Part shown: piece by piece, positions 40,143-52,395 of the stretch
Layout of the letters: every line of letters starts with the position of its first letter
Numbering within the stretch: the stretch's first letter is position 1
Origin: Gammaproteobacteria bacterium
GTDB taxonomy: Bacteria > Pseudomonadota > Gammaproteobacteria > Ga0077536
Length of the DNA: 64,000 nt
Assembly (NCBI GenBank): GCA_963662545.2
Contig: CAXXLL010000003.1
Coordinates: 96,001-160,000 of the forward strand
Direction: 5' to 3'
Notes under the pieces: model-generated
The model's database searches: none
Seen by the model: only the letters and a program-made list of their open reading frames with translations
What the model was told of the DNA's origin: nothing
Program-made: the position numbers and the translations under genes

Positions 40143-42409
40143 TCGAAAGTCGAAGCCTTGAATTGCTCGACGGCTTCAGCGCCATTTTCTACTTCGGTAA
40201 TCTGGTAGGGTTCCTTTTTCAGATAGGCCTTGATCAGCAGCCGATTATCCGGATTGTCTTCGACCAGAAGAATGCGAGCTGCTGCGACTACCGGAACCGG
40301 CTCGATCGGCCGTTCGGCAACGTCGGGGGCTTGGACTGACGACACCTTCTTCAAAGCGTCTGCCAATTGGCCCCTTTTGACCGGTTTGACGACATACTCC
40401 GCATGGGTCAAATCTATTATCTGTTCGGCCCCTGCGGCGAGAGTCGATGGACGAAACATCACGATTGCCGGCACCGAAAATCCGGCCGCGCGGATCTCAC
40501 TCAATAGATGCGCATCGTTCGTGCCCTTGAGATCCGAGTCAATCAACAACAAATCGTAAGGCGTTCCCGAGCCGTCGGCCTGCTTCACGCGCTCGAACCC
40601 AGCCAAGCCATTGTCCACCGATTCTGTTTTGATCTGCTGGGATGCGAACAAGTCGGTCAGCATCGCTTCGTTGTGCGCGTTGCCGTCGACGATTAAAACT
40701 GATCGAATACCGGGAGCCCAAGCCTCAGGCACAGCAGGTTCGCCCTGTCCCGGTTGCAACATAACGTCGAACTGAAATGTGCTGCCTTTCTCTTCGTCGC
40801 TCTCCACCCAGATCTGCCCGCCCATCATTTCAACGAGACGCTTGGAGATCGTGAGACCGAGGCCGGTACCGCCGTACTTTCTCGTTGTCGAACTGTCGAC
40901 CTGGGTAAAGCTCGAAAATATTTCGTCCAACTTCGACGCTGGGATGCCGATACCCGAATCGCATACTTCGAAATGCAGCCACAATTTACTCCGGGACGCG
41001 TCTTTCAATCGGACTCGGGTGACGATCTGACCGCTTTCGGTGAATTTAATTGCGTTGCCGATAAGGTTCAGAATAATTTGACGAAGTCGCCCAGGATCGC
41101 CGTGCGCAAACAAGGGAACGTCCGTGGCGAAATGCGATATAAGCTCGAGCCCCTTGGCATCCGCCTTCAAGGCATAGATGTCGACGGCCTGTTCCAGAAT
41201 GTCGAGGAGGTTGAAGTCTATTTCCTCGAGGCTAAGCTGGCGCGCCTCGATTTTTGAGAGATCGAGAATGTCGTTAACCAGGCTGAGCAGTGCTTCGCCG
41301 GAATTCTTGAATACGCCGACGTACTTCTCCTGTTCACGGTTAAGTTTCGTTTCTGATAGAAGCTCGGCCATACCGATGATGGCATTCAGTGGCGTCCTTA
41401 TTTCGTGGCTCATACTCGCCAGGAAGTCCGATTTGACCAGGGAGGCCTCGAGCGCCTGATCGCGCGCCTCGGCCAGCTCGGGCGTTTGCTGCCTTACCTG
41501 CTCTTCGATCACGCGGTTACGGGCTTCGAGTTCTCGCGCCTGTAATTCCTTGGCGCGCGCCAGCGCTACCAGTAAGAGCGTGACCCCAACGCCGAGAAAT
41601 AAAGCGACGAAGACGAGGCCTTTGTCGATTTCCGTCCACAAGAGATCCTTGCCAGTGAGCAACCGGATCGAATAACGATCGAGTCGAATGGACGTGTCTT
41701 CTCCGAGGGGCTTGACCAGCGCCCCGCTACGGGGAGACGCCGGAGTTTTGGAATATACCAGCCGTCGTCCGGCGACACCTTCCGATTCCGTGTACACGGC
41801 AATATTCATGGCCGGATCGACTGCGAGCACCTGCACCAGGCTCGGTAAGTCGATAGCCAGCGCGGCCAAACCGATACGCCCCTCTGCATCGCCCGCTGTT
41901 GAACTCATCTGCACCAGGTAGAAGGGGTTGTCGTTGCTCCCATCCACTTCGTGCACGAGCGGAATCGCAGCAGATCCGCCGGCCACGACCTGCAGGACAA
42001 TGCGTCTGCCACCGCCCTTCGTCATTAGATTCAGGAGGGAACTGTCTGCAAATTCGCCGACGCTATGCAGGATACGGATTTCTCCGGAAGCCGAGACCTC
42101 GAGATATGCCATGCCGCGAATGTAATCGTAGCGCTCGAGTATGCCGCCCGTGTAGCGTGCAAATCGGTCAGCGTTCAGTGGATCACTCGTGGCAATGAAA
42201 CTCGCAAGATTATCGATGACCGCATCCGCCGTCTGGATGTTTGCGGCAACGGCGTTTTGTACCGATATCGCATCGAAGGCGAAATTGCGGGTTTCGCTCT
42301 CGAGGGCGTTGTTCCATGCGAGCATAAGCAGCGCGCCCGAGAAAGAAACGCCAAGTGCCGCCGCTACGAAGTAGAAGAACAGAGCAGAGGGATGCCGTTT
42401 CTCGGACAT
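40143..42409 (-). pseudogene. Hybrid sensor histidine kinase, 3'-truncated in the last receiver domain
   Basis: Two TM helices, FLASMSHEIRTPLN, NLIGNAIKFT, GTGLGL, two receiver domains; the last is cut at STFE before the phosphoacceptor Asp. Confidence 0.85.
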
Positions 42410-42451
42410 TAATATCGCTCTCGTAACGGACGCGCCCTCATTGCCGAACGC

Positions 42452-42757
42452 TCATTGATCCAGCACGACATCGACCCGCGACAGGTAATCCGCAAGCTTC
42501 TCAGTGCCGGTTTTAACTGCCGCTGCATCCTCCACCAATGCCGCCTCTTCGATGGCCGATCCGATCTCGGTGATCTCGTCGAAACCATATCCGCCACCAG
42601 CGCCCTTCATGCTGTGGCCAATCAACCGGATTTCCGTGAAATCCGGAACCTGCAAGAATTCCGTCAACCGGTCTACATCTTTGCGACGGTTTTCGAGAAA
42701 TCCCGGTACGAGATCTTCCAGATCGGGGTCGATCCTTACCTTAATCCTGTCATCCAC
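42452..42757 (-). CDS. Stand-alone Hpt phosphotransfer protein
   Basis: GHSMKGAGGGYGF; GTG start after GAGGGG. Confidence 0.85.
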   Translation of the reverse strand: MDDRIKVRIDPDLEDLVPGFLENRRKDVDRLTEFLQVPDFTEIRLIGHSMKGAGGGYGFDEITEIGSAIEEAALVEDAAAVKTGTEKLADYLSRVDVVLDQ

Positions 42758-42797
42758 TGCTCGCCCCCTCACGGACACATACGGCCCGTTTCTCCAT

Positions 42798-44162
42798 TCA
42801 ATCCTCTTTCGAAGCAACCCTGAAATCCGCGGCATCCAATGAGTGTTGATTCAGAAGTTTATAAAATTCCGTACGATTCCGCCCGGCCATCTTCGCTGCA
42901 TTTACGACATTCCCTTCAGTTACGCGCAGTACGCTGACAAGGTATTTGCGTTCGAATTCCGCCTTCGCCTCTTTCAAGGTCCTAATATGTACGGGTTCCT
43001 CCCGTAGAGCCCGCTGCGCCATCGATAAGGGAATAATATCGCCTTTGGTCAAGGTCACGCAGAGTTCGACCGCATTGGCCAGCTGCCGGATATTGCCCGG
43101 CCAGGACGCACCTGACAGATAGGCCGTCGCATCGGGCGCGAAGCGCTTTGTCCTGGTTTCGGTTTTTTGCGCGTGCGCTACGAGGAAGTGCTCAAGCAGC
43201 ATCGGAACGTCATCCGGTCGTTCCGAGAGCCGCGGCATCATCAACGGTACGACGTTCAATCGATAATAAAGATCTTCTCGAAATTCGCCATTGCTTACGA
43301 GCGCTTCAAGATCGTTATGAGTCGCCGAGATGATGCGTACGTTCACGGGAAGCGTTTTGGTCGACCCAACTGGCCGGATTTCGAAATCTTGTAGTACTCG
43401 CAAGAGCTTTACCTGGAGGTCCAGCGGCATATCGCCAATCTCGTCGAGAAACAGCGTGCCGCCGTTTGCCGCAAGAAACAGGCCTTCGTGTTTTGTATTC
43501 GCTCCTGTAAATGCACCCTTTTCGTGTCCGAACAACTCGGATTCGAGCAGTTGTTCGGGAATCGCGCCGCAATTCACTCCGATGAACGGAAATTCGCTGC
43601 GCGGACTTGCATCGTGAATCGCCCGTGCAAGAACCTCCTTGCCGGTGCCGGTGGCCCCGCTGATGAACACCGTGATGTCGCCCTGCGCCAGGAGTTCTGC
43701 CTGCTCGATGAGTTCGGCCATGACATCACTGCGATAAATGATGTTGCGCGCAAGATCACCAGTGCCTTTACGCCGAGACCGTATGTGCCGATCGATCTCA
43801 TTAAGAAATTCGTCCTTGTCGATCGGTTTCGTGAGGAATGCGGACGTGCCGAGGTGTGTCGCTTTTACCGCATCGGGAATTTGCGCCTGGCCGCTCAGCA
43901 TGATCACCGGTGTAAGCGCATTATCCTCGTGAATACGCGTGACGAGCGTCATCCCGTCCATTTCGTCCATGAACAGGTCGGTCACCACGATATCCGGCCG
44001 CGCGGCGGAAAGCTTGCGTAAGGCTTCGGTACCCGACGCCACTGCAATGGCGTCGAATCCGGCATTTTCCAGCCACTTAGACAGCAGCTTGAGCATGTCC
44101 GGATCGTCATCGACGACCAGCACCTTGCCCTTGGATACCGCCAGATTCTCGAGTTCCACCAT
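42798..44162 (-). CDS. glrR: Sigma-54-dependent response regulator, GlrR/QseF-like
   Basis: Receiver domain, GATGTGKE, ESELFGHEKGAFTGA, WPGNIRQL, AAKMAGRNRTEFYKLL. Confidence 0.8.
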   Translation of the reverse strand: MVELENLAVSKGKVLVVDDDPDMLKLLSKWLENAGFDAIAVASGTEALRKLSAARPDIVVTDLFMDEMDGMTLVTRIHEDNALTPVIMLSGQAQIPDAVKATHLGTSAFLTKPIDKDEFLNEIDRHIRSRRKGTGDLARNIIYRSDVMAELIEQAELLAQGDITVFISGATGTGKEVLARAIHDASPRSEFPFIGVNCGAIPEQLLESELFGHEKGAFTGANTKHEGLFLAANGGTLFLDEIGDMPLDLQVKLLRVLQDFEIRPVGSTKTLPVNVRIISATHNDLEALVSNGEFREDLYYRLNVVPLMMPRLSERPDDVPMLLEHFLVAHAQKTETRTKRFAPDATAYLSGASWPGNIRQLANAVELCVTLTKGDIIPLSMAQRALREEPVHIRTLKEAKAEFERKYLVSVLRVTEGNVVNAAKMAGRNRTEFYKLLNQHSLDAADFRVASKED

Positions 44163-44210
44163 TTAACCCACCGTGCGATTTAGCACCCGATTCCAATTAC
44201 GATTGTAATT

Positions 44211-44297
44211 AACCACAGAGCTCACAAAGAAATAAATTATATTGTGGGCTGTAAACGATCCATTTTTTTCTCTGTGTGCTCTGTGTTCTCTGTGGTT
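44211..44297. repeat. Inverted ACCACAGAG-type short repeat element
   Basis: aaccacagagctcacaaag ... ctctgtgtgctctgtgttctctgtggtt. Confidence 0.65.
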
Positions 44298-44381
44298 TTA
44301 TTGTGTTGCTCTGTAGACCACATGGTTATCCGTTCAACTGCTAAGATCCTGCCTATGATTCGGACCGGCGTCGGGGTGTCC

Positions 44382-46214
44382 TCACTCGACGGTGACCGAT
44401 TTGGCCAGGTTGCGCGGTTGATCGACATCAGCACCCTTGAGCACCGCCACGTGATAGGAAAACAGTTGGAGCGGAACGGTGTAGACCACCGGCGCTATCG
44501 GATCTTCCGCGGGCGCGATATTGAAAACATGAATCCCCGGTTGCGCCGCGACCTCCACGTTTGAATCAGCGAATATGTAAAGTTCGCCGCCGCGCGCCCG
44601 GACTTCTTCGAGATTCGATTTAAGTTTTTCCAGCAACTCGTTGTTCGGCGCAATCGAAATCACGGGCATGTCCTCGTCGACCAGGGCGAGCGGCCCGTGC
44701 TTGAGTTCGCCAGCGGGGTAGGCTTCGGCGTGGATGTAGGATATTTCCTTAAGCTTGAGCGCACCTTCCAATGCGATCGGATACATCGACCCGCGACCCA
44801 GATACAAAGTGTGGTCCTTGTTCGCAAATTCCTGGGCTAATTCGGCGATGCGGTCGTTCAACTCCAACACGCCGTTGATCTTTCCGGGCAGGGATTCGAG
44901 CTGCCGTACGAGATCGGCCTCGGTATCCGAGTTCATTGCGTTGCGCCGGCCCAGTGCAACGACGAGCAGCATCAGGGCGACCAGTTGGGTCGTGAACGCT
45001 TTCGTCGAAGCGACGCCGATTTCCGGGCCCGCCCTCGTCATCAAAACCAGTTCCGACTCGCGCGTCAAGGAACTTTCGGGGACATTACAGATCGCCAACG
45101 AGTGCGCATAACCCCAGTTTTTCGCCTCGCGCAGCGCCGCCAGCGTGTCGGCGGTCTCGCCAGATTGGGAAATCGTTACGAACAGCGCATCGTCTGCTAC
45201 CACGGGCCGACGGTAGCGAAATTCACTCGCGACTTCGACCGTGCACGGCACGCCTGCGAGGTCTTCCATCCAGTAGCGCGCAACGAGTGCGGCATGATAG
45301 CTGGTGCCGCACGCCACGATCGTAACCGACTTGACTGTGTCGAGGACGCGATCGGCTCCGAGTCCAAAGGTAGTATCCAGCACGCGACCTTTCTCGATAC
45401 GGCCTTCGAGCGTTTCCGCGATCGCGCGGGGCTGGTCGAATATCTCCTTCAACATGTAATGTCGGTAACCGGATTTATCGGCGGCGTCGGCGGAAAGTTC
45501 AGAAATGGATTCCGGGCGCGTAACCCGCTGGCCATTTTCGTCGTAAATTCGAACGACGTTACGCGTAATTTCGGCAACGTCGCCTTCTTCCAGGAAAATG
45601 AAACGTTGCGTCACCGGCAGCAGGGCGAAAACATCGGAGGCGACAAAGTTCTCCCCAATCCCAAGGCCAATCACGAGCGGGCTTCCGCGGCGGGCAACGA
45701 CAAGTCTTTCAGTCATCGTCTTGGACAACACGCCGAGCGCGTAAGCGCCTTTGAGATCGCGCGTCGTTCGCTGTACGGCTTTCAGCAGATCGTCGCCTTC
45801 CTGCACGTAGTCACACACACGATTAACGATGACTTCGGTATCGGTATCCGAATGGAATTCGTGCCCCGCCTTGAGTTGCTCTTCGCGGAGACTCTCGTGG
45901 TTCTCGATGATACCGTTATGGACCAGCGCGATCGTCTCGCGGCAGACATGGGGGTGCGCGTTACGTACCGACGGCTCGCCGTGGGTTGCCCAGCGCGTAT
46001 GCGCGATGCCGATGCCGCCCGCATGGGACTCCGATTCGAGGGCTTCTTCGAGCGCCGTGACTTTGCCCTGAACCCGGGTTCGCTTGATACCCTCGGAACC
46101 CGAAATCACGGCGATGCCGGCCGAATCATAGCCACGGTATTCCAACCGCTTAAGGCCCTCGAGCAATATCGGCGCAACATCGCGTTGCGCCACGGCTCCT
46201 ACTATTCCACACAT
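44382..46214 (-). CDS. glmS: Glutamine--fructose-6-phosphate transaminase
   Basis: [34 protein letters not shown]. Confidence 0.98.
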   Translation of the reverse strand: MCGIVGAVAQRDVAPILLEGLKRLEYRGYDSAGIAVISGSEGIKRTRVQGKVTALEEALESESHAGGIGIAHTRWATHGEPSVRNAHPHVCRETIALVHNGIIENHESLREEQLKAGHEFHSDTDTEVIVNRVCDYVQEGDDLLKAVQRTTRDLKGAYALGVLSKTMTERLVVARRGSPLVIGLGIGENFVASDVFALLPVTQRFIFLEEGDVAEITRNVVRIYDENGQRVTRPESISELSADAADKSGYRHYMLKEIFDQPRAIAETLEGRIEKGRVLDTTFGLGADRVLDTVKSVTIVACGTSYHAALVARYWMEDLAGVPCTVEVASEFRYRRPVVADDALFVTISQSGETADTLAALREAKNWGYAHSLAICNVPESSLTRESELVLMTRAGPEIGVASTKAFTTQLVALMLLVVALGRRNAMNSDTEADLVRQLESLPGKINGVLELNDRIAELAQEFANKDHTLYLGRGSMYPIALEGALKLKEISYIHAEAYPAGELKHGPLALVDEDMPVISIAPNNELLEKLKSNLEEVRARGGELYIFADSNVEVAAQPGIHVFNIAPAEDPIAPVVYTVPLQLFSYHVAVLKGADVDQPRNLAKSVTVE

Positions 46215-46443
46215 TCGCGCATTCCTATCTTAATGAGTGTTTCGTCCCCCAGGACGGAAACTTTCAATTTTACATCACGGCGTGCTCGCAAATTGCGACG
46301 GGATTGGCGAAATGATCAACGCTCCCAGCCCACATTTCTCACCGCACACCGTCGTGAGGGTACGGCGGCATGGCCGTTCGGTGGCGCACGGAGCGAAAGA
46401 CGGCACCGGGGTAGCAGACACGCAGAGGTAGGATCTTGGAGGA

Positions 46444-46847
46444 TGGTCGGGGCGAGAGGATTTACTCGCCACGTCCCTGTGGCTCGCCCCTGCGGGGCCA
46501 TCACAGCCCTTCGGGCCGGGATGTTCAAAACCGCTCCCGGCGGTTTTGTGAACCTCGGTTTCGGTTCGCAGCCTTTCCCGACCATTTTCAATTAAGTAAT
46601 TAATGACCTTCACTTTCTCCGAAAGGCCATGAATTACTTAATTGAAAATGGTCGGGGCGAGAGGATTTACTCGCCACGTCCCTGTGGCTCGCCCCTGCGG
46701 GGCCATCCCAGCCCTTCGGGCTGGGATGTTCAAAACCGCTCCCGGCGGTTTTGTGAACCTCGGTTTCGGTTCGCAGCCTTTCCCGACCATCTTGTGAATA
46801 AATCATGGCCTTACCTTTCTTCGAAAGGCCATGATTTATTCACAAGA
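46444..46847 (-). repeat. Two 141-bp tRNA-linked repeats (46444-46584, 46649-46789) with palindromic spacers; RtT-like
   Basis: Each unit ends (minus strand) in the last 19 nt of tRNA-Pro, aatcctctcgccccgacca; the units differ at 2 positions. Confidence 0.85.
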
Positions 46848-46924
<77 letters not shown>

Positions 46925-47052
46925 ACATGATTTTCAAACGTAGAAACAGGCTTGGAACCTGCGGGTTGGAGATTAGACGGTTTCGCAGCGGAGCGCCAGC
47001 CGCCGGCCGGAGTCACGGTAAAACCCGCGCCGGGGGAACTAGATTGCGAAGA

Positions 47053-47409
47053 TTAACGTCGCAGGATGTCGAGAACTTCTTCGAGTTCTTGCCTGAGCTG
47101 ACGCACGATCTGTTGGCTCATGCTCGAATCGGCTTTGACCTCTTCTCCCGAAAGCTTCTGCCGGGCTCCGCCTATGGTGAACCCGTGCTCATAGAGGAGG
47201 CTGCGGATCTGGCGGATGAGGATTACATCCTGACGCTGGTAGTATCGGCGATTGCCACGGCGTTTAATCGGCTTGAGCTGGGGGAATTCCTGCTCCCAGT
47301 AGCGGAGCACGTGCGGCTTCACCGCACATAATTCGCTAACTTCCCCGATCGTGAAGTAACGCTTACCGGGAATGACGGGCAGTTCGTTATTGTTCGATGC
47401 TTCCAGCAT
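47053..47409 (-). CDS. MerR-family regulator
   Basis: [25 protein letters not shown]; conserved position after ihfA. Confidence 0.92.
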   Translation of the reverse strand: MLEASNNNELPVIPGKRYFTIGEVSELCAVKPHVLRYWEQEFPQLKPIKRRGNRRYYQRQDVILIRQIRSLLYEHGFTIGGARQKLSGEEVKADSSMSQQIVRQLRQELEEVLDILRR

Positions 47410-47689
47410 AAGCTTCTACTCTGGCTTTCAGTTTCTGACCGGGCCTAAATGTAACGACGCGCCGCGCGCTGATCGGAATCTCCTCGCCGGTTTTGGGATT
47501 GCGCCCCGGTCTCTGGTTCTTATCGCGAAGATCGAAGTTACCAAAGCCTGATAACTTAACTTGTTGACCCGCCTCTAGAGATGCTCGGATCTCCTCGAAG
47601 AATGCCTCGACGAGTTCCTTGGCTTCGCGTTTGTTGAGGCCCAAATCCTCGAACAATCGCTCTGCCATTTCGGCCTTGGTCAACGCCAT
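47387..47689 (-). CDS. ihfA: Integration host factor alpha
   Basis: [10 protein letters not shown]...[19 protein letters not shown]. Confidence 0.97.
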   Translation of the reverse strand: MALTKAEMAERLFEDLGLNKREAKELVEAFFEEIRASLEAGQQVKLSGFGNFDLRDKNQRPGRNPKTGEEIPISARRVVTFRPGQKLKARVEAYAGSIEQ

Positions 47690-47693
47690 CGAA

Positions 47694-50063
47694 CTACTCC
47701 CTCAATCTCCCCCCAACGCGATTCGAAAGGTTTTCGAGCACGCGCTGCATCGCGCTATCGACTTCGTCATCCACAAGAGTGCTGGAAAGGGCCTGGAAAA
47801 GCAAGCCTATGGTGAGACTTTTTTTTTCGTTATCAATACCTTGCCCTCGATATACGTCAAATAACTGCAGATCTTTTAGATGCTCGCCAGCCGCTTCCCG
47901 CACCGCTTCGAGACAGGCGGTGGCCGCCACCGATTCGTCCACGATCACGTTGATATCGCGCCGAACTGCCGGAAATTTCGATATCGGCCGAAACTTCGGA
48001 ATCGAGGGGGCGGCCCCAAAATTATAGGAAAATTCGAACAGAAACAAGGGCTTATCAACTTCGATGGACTGAGCAATCACAGGGTGTAAGGCGCCCAGAC
48101 AGCCGATGTTCTCGGTCCGGAGCATGATGCGGGCACTCTGCCCCGGGTGCAGGGCTGGGTGCGTACCAGGTTCGATCTTGAGCCCAGCCAGGCCCAGGGT
48201 TTTTATTAGGGATTCAACATCCTGTTTCAAATCATAAAAATCCGTGTCTCGCAGTGGCTCACCCCATTGTTGCAGCACTGCTCGACCACAGCGCACCCCC
48301 GAAATTCGATGAACTTGCGACAATTGACCCCCATCACGTCGAAAAACCATCCCGATTTCGAACAGGCTGATGTCTTCGCGCTGGCGATTCAGGTTGTAAC
48401 GGGCGGCGACGGCGAGCCCCGGCCACAGGGAGCGCCGCATGGCAGACATGTCGCTGGAGATCGGGTTTTCCAGCAAGACGGGCTCCACATCCGGCTCGAA
48501 CAGCCGGCTCAAGTCCCGATCGATGAAGCTGTAGGTGACGGCCTCGAAATAACCGCGGGCGGTCAGGCATCGTCTCAGGCTGCCTTCGACCGTCGATTCG
48601 CGTACCGGGACCGCAGGCGCGGCTGCGCCTGGTGGGATCCGGCAGGGGATAGCGTCGTATCCGTGTACGCGCGCGACCTCCTCAATGAGGTCCTCCTCCA
48701 TGGCGATATCGAATCGAAACGCGGGTGGGGATACCTGCCATGTCCCGCCGCGACGCTCGACCTTCATCTCGAGAGATTCGAAAATCTTCTCGATGCGCCC
48801 CTCATCTACCCGGACCCCGAGCAAGCGTTCAACCGCGGCCGGACGAAACTCGATCGTCGCGGGTAACGCCGTAGTGCCAAGGTCCGACACTTCGCACGGC
48901 CCGGCGGATCCGCCGCAGATCTCCAGGATCAACGCCGTTGCCCGTTCGACGGCGCGCGCCTGCATGGTTGGATCGACACCCCGTTCGAACCGCGTCGAAG
49001 CGTCGGTATGCAGCCGGTAACGCCGCGCGACACCGGCGAGGCGCACGGGTTCGAAGAATGCGCTTTCGAGAAAGACCTTGGTTGTAACGGCCGACACGGC
49101 CGTCATCTCCCCGCCCATGACGCCCGCCAAGGCAACCGGACCGGATTCGTCGGTGATCACGAGCGTACCTTCGTCGAGTTCGAGTTCCTGTCCGTCAAGC
49201 AATATGAGGCGCTCGCCCGCGTTCGCGCCGCGCACGATAATTCGTTTCTCAAGCTTGTCGCAATCGAAGACGTGCATCGGCTGGCCGAATTCGAGCATCA
49301 CGTAGTTGGTCACGTCGACCAACGGGTGTACGCAGCGAACACCCGATCGTCGCAAGCGTTCCTGCATCCACAGGGGCGTTCGACCGTGTGGGTCGAGGCC
49401 CTCGATCACACGTCCGGCGTAGCGCGGACAAGCATCGCCATCCGCCAGCTCAACTGTGAATCGGACGTCGCTTTTTGCAACTACGCTCGCCACCTCGGGC
49501 ATCTTCATCGGTGAGTCGGTGAGGGTGGCGAGATCGCGCGCAATACCGATTATGCAAAAGCAATCACCCCGATTCGGGGTTAGATCGATGTCGATAATGG
49601 CGTCGTCAAGACCGAGTACCTCCGTGAGCTGCGCGCCGGGCAACGCCGAAGCCGGTAGTTCGAGAATCCCCGATGCATCCTCACCCAGACCCAGCTCCGC
49701 CGCCGAACACAGCATGCCGGACGATTCGACGCCCCGAATACGGGCGCGCTCGATAGTGCGACCGCCCGGCAGGCTAATGCCAGGCGCGGCATAGGCCGTC
49801 TTCATCGACGGCACCACATTGGGCGCACCGCACACGACCTGGTGTACCTCCCGGCCGTCGGAAACGCGGCAGAGACTCAAGCGATCGGCACGAGGATGTG
49901 CTTGAACTTCGATGACTTCACTGACGATGACGCCGGCCAGCGAGGGCGCCGCCGGCACGATATTGCCGACTTCGAGACCACCGAGCGTTAGGCGCTCGGC
50001 GATGGCGTCGACGTCGAGCGGTGGGTCGACCCACTCGCGCAACCATTGTTCGCTCACCTTCAT
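47694..50063 (-). CDS. pheT: Phenylalanine--tRNA ligase beta subunit
   Basis: [32 protein letters not shown]. Confidence 0.97.
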   Translation of the reverse strand: MKVSEQWLREWVDPPLDVDAIAERLTLGGLEVGNIVPAAPSLAGVIVSEVIEVQAHPRADRLSLCRVSDGREVHQVVCGAPNVVPSMKTAYAAPGISLPGGRTIERARIRGVESSGMLCSAAELGLGEDASGILELPASALPGAQLTEVLGLDDAIIDIDLTPNRGDCFCIIGIARDLATLTDSPMKMPEVASVVAKSDVRFTVELADGDACPRYAGRVIEGLDPHGRTPLWMQERLRRSGVRCVHPLVDVTNYVMLEFGQPMHVFDCDKLEKRIIVRGANAGERLILLDGQELELDEGTLVITDESGPVALAGVMGGEMTAVSAVTTKVFLESAFFEPVRLAGVARRYRLHTDASTRFERGVDPTMQARAVERATALILEICGGSAGPCEVSDLGTTALPATIEFRPAAVERLLGVRVDEGRIEKIFESLEMKVERRGGTWQVSPPAFRFDIAMEEDLIEEVARVHGYDAIPCRIPPGAAAPAVPVRESTVEGSLRRCLTARGYFEAVTYSFIDRDLSRLFEPDVEPVLLENPISSDMSAMRRSLWPGLAVAARYNLNRQREDISLFEIGMVFRRDGGQLSQVHRISGVRCGRAVLQQWGEPLRDTDFYDLKQDVESLIKTLGLAGLKIEPGTHPALHPGQSARIMLRTENIGCLGALHPVIAQSIEVDKPLFLFEFSYNFGAAPSIPKFRPISKFPAVRRDINVIVDESVAATACLEAVREAAGEHLKDLQLFDVYRGQGIDNEKKSLTIGLLFQALSSTLVDDEVDSAMQRVLENLSNRVGGRLRE

Positions 50064-50091
50064 CAGCGTCTCTGGTAATGTGCCGCGGCAC

Positions 50092-51090
50092 TCAAGCGAA
50101 CTGCCTCAGGAACTGGATGTCGTTGTCGAAAAAGACCCTGAGGTCGGAAATCCCGTGGCGCAGCATGGCCATACGCTCCACACCGAGACCAAATGCGAAT
50201 CCACGGTAGCGCTCGCTGTCGATGCCGACGCTTGCGAACACATTCGGGTGCACCATTCCGCACCCCATGATCTCCAACCAGTCACCGATACCGTGTTCCG
50301 ATTCGAGCTTGATATCGACCTCCATCGACGGTTCGGTGAATGGAAAGTACGATGGGCGGTAACGAATCTGCAGATCGTCCCGTTCGAAGAAACACTTCAG
50401 GAAAGCGTCGAGCACGCCCTTGAGATCGGCCATGGTCACGTCTTCATCGATGAGCAGGCCTTCGACCTGGTGAAACATCGGTGTGTGGGTCTGATCGTAA
50501 TCGCGGCGATAAACTCGGCCGGGCGCGATGATGCGCAGCGGCGGCTGCTGCCGTTCCATGACGCGGATCTGGACGGGAGAGGTGTGGGTTCGCAGTAGGG
50601 TTCCGTCAGCGAAGTAAAAGGTGTCGTGCATTGCACGCGCAGGATGGTGGGCGGGGATATTAAGGGCTTCGAAGTTGTGGTAGTCGTCCTCGATTTCGGG
50701 ACCCAGCACGACGTCGAATCCGGCGTGGCGAAAAATAGACTCGATGTGCTCCATCACGCTGCTGATCGGATGGGCGCCGCCTGGCAGAACGCCGCGCCCG
50801 GGCAGGGTGACGTCAATTCGATCGCGCTCGAGGCTCGCTTCGAGATCGGCATTTTGGAGCGCCTTGCGTCGCATCTCAACGGTCGCATTGACGCGCTGCT
50901 TGGCGTCGTTGATCGCCTGGCCGGCCGCCGGGCGCTCCGCGGCCGGCAGTTGACCCAGATTCTTCAGCAAGGCGGTCAGTTGACCGTTCTTTCCAAGGTA
51001 CTGGATCCGGACGTCGTCCAGCGCCTCGAGCGTGTCCGCTACGGCAGTGGCGCTCTCGGCTTCCGCGACAATATTTTCGACGTCGGTCAT
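50092..51090 (-). CDS. pheS: Phenylalanine--tRNA ligase alpha subunit
   Basis: [37 protein letters not shown]. Confidence 0.98.
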   Translation of the reverse strand: MTDVENIVAEAESATAVADTLEALDDVRIQYLGKNGQLTALLKNLGQLPAAERPAAGQAINDAKQRVNATVEMRRKALQNADLEASLERDRIDVTLPGRGVLPGGAHPISSVMEHIESIFRHAGFDVVLGPEIEDDYHNFEALNIPAHHPARAMHDTFYFADGTLLRTHTSPVQIRVMERQQPPLRIIAPGRVYRRDYDQTHTPMFHQVEGLLIDEDVTMADLKGVLDAFLKCFFERDDLQIRYRPSYFPFTEPSMEVDIKLESEHGIGDWLEIMGCGMVHPNVFASVGIDSERYRGFAFGLGVERMAMLRHGISDLRVFFDNDIQFLRQFA

Positions 51091-51172
51091 GTGGACGGTA
51101 ATCGAACGATTACGACAGGCGCGGGAGGTCCCCGCCTCCCCTATTTATTCGGTCAAACTGCCGCGCTTGGCT

Positions 51173-51532
51173 TCAGCCGGCAAGCGCGGTCTTCGAACGC
51201 TCCGCAAGTGCCGCGAATGCGGCTTGGTCGTTCACGGCCAGGTCGGCGAGCATCTTACGATCGACGACAATTTCCGCGCGCGCAAGCCCGTGCATGAATA
51301 CGGAATAGCTCAACCCGTGTTCGCGTGCTGCTGCATTAATACGAACGATCCAAAGGGCGCGAAACTGCCGCTTGCGCTGGCGGCGATCACGATAAGCGTA
51401 TTGGCCGGCCTTGATGACCGCCTGCTTGGCGACCCGGAACACATTCTTGCGCCGGCCGCGGTAGCCCTTGGCTTGCCGAATCACTTTTTTGTGCCGGGCG
51501 TGCGCCTGCACCCCGCGCTTTACTCGTGCCAT
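51173..51532 (-). CDS. rplT: 50S ribosomal protein L20
   Basis: MARVKRGV...AKGY.G...WIVRINAA. Confidence 0.98.
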   Translation of the reverse strand: MARVKRGVQAHARHKKVIRQAKGYRGRRKNVFRVAKQAVIKAGQYAYRDRRQRKRQFRALWIVRINAAAREHGLSYSVFMHGLARAEIVVDRKMLADLAVNDQAAFAALAERSKTALAG

Positions 51533-51567
51533 CGCTTAGTAATCCTCAATACAAATGTTCGAATCCC

Positions 51568-51765
51568 TTAAAACCCGGGGATCAATCGACGTACTTGGTC
51601 CTTGTCGGCGTGCGCGATCAGCGCACCTTGCCGCAATTTCCGTTTTCGCTTCGGGCTCTTTTTCGTCAGGATATGGCTCTTGAACGATTGCCGCCGCTTG
51701 ATCTTCCCGGTACTCGTTTTTGCGAAGCGTTTTGCCGCACCGCGATTCGTCCTCATTTTCGGCAT
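51568..51765 (-). CDS. rpmI: 50S ribosomal protein L35
   Basis: [14 protein letters not shown]...HILTKK. Confidence 0.97.
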   Translation of the reverse strand: MPKMRTNRGAAKRFAKTSTGKIKRRQSFKSHILTKKSPKRKRKLRQGALIAHADKDQVRRLIPGF

Positions 51766-51869
51766 GCTGTAAAACCTATCTCAAAATTATTCACGTACGC
51801 GCCGCTTTATGGCTTGTTAATAAGCCCCAAGCTCTCAAATACGATCACAATGAACGACGAAGATTCGAT

Positions 51870-52391
51870 CTATTGGTGCCGCTTGGGCGCGATCACCATT
51901 ACCATTTGTCGCCCTTCGAGTTTCGGGTATTGCTCCACGTTACCCAACTCATCGAGGTCGGTTTCGACGCGATCGAGCATTTGCGCGCCGAGTTCTTGAT
52001 GAGCCATCTCACGCCCACGAAACCGTAAGGTCACTTTAACCTTGTCGCCGCCCTCCAGAAATCGTCTGAGGTTGCGGAGCTTGATTTGATAGTCGCCTTC
52101 ATCCGTACCAGGCCGGAACTTGACTTCCTTGACCTGGATTTGTTTCTGCTTTTTCTTCGCCGCATGACGTTTCTTGTTCTGATCGAAAAGAAACTTGCCG
52201 AAATCCATGACCCGGCATACGGGCGGTTCGCCGGTCGGTACGATCTCCACGAGATCCAGAGCAGATGATTCGGCCTCTAGACGTGCGTCTTCGATCGACA
52301 TGACACCGCGGTTACTTCCGTCGGCGGCTATCAATCTGACTTCGGGTACGTCTATGGCACCGTTTACGCGATTCTTTTTTTCGGTGGCTAT
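51870..52391 (-). CDS. infC: Translation initiation factor IF-3 (probable ATA start)
   Basis: [18 protein letters not shown]; frame extends to ATA at 52391 downstream of GGAGG. Confidence 0.95.
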   Translation of the reverse strand: MATEKKNRVNGAIDVPEVRLIAADGSNRGVMSIEDARLEAESSALDLVEIVPTGEPPVCRVMDFGKFLFDQNKKRHAAKKKQKQIQVKEVKFRPGTDEGDYQIKLRNLRRFLEGGDKVKVTLRFRGREMAHQELGAQMLDRVETDLDELGNVEQYPKLEGRQMVMVIAPKRHQ

Positions 52392-52395
52392 ATTC

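Noticed and set aside
1-42409. PEP-CTERM substrate proteins
   Set aside because: No ORF in the window ends in a VPEP-TM-basic sorting signal
46215-46443. glmS ribozyme upstream of glmS
   Set aside because: No recognisable conserved ribozyme core by eye, and it is mainly a Gram-positive element
44985-46595. 536-aa plus-strand ORF
   Set aside because: Antisense shadow of glmS in GC-rich DNA; the same applies to 59463..60500 (uvrB), 61043..62062 and 1005..1904
46444-46667. attR sites of an integrated island at tRNA-Pro
   Set aside because: The tRNA 3' duplications are only ~200 bp apart and no integrase is present
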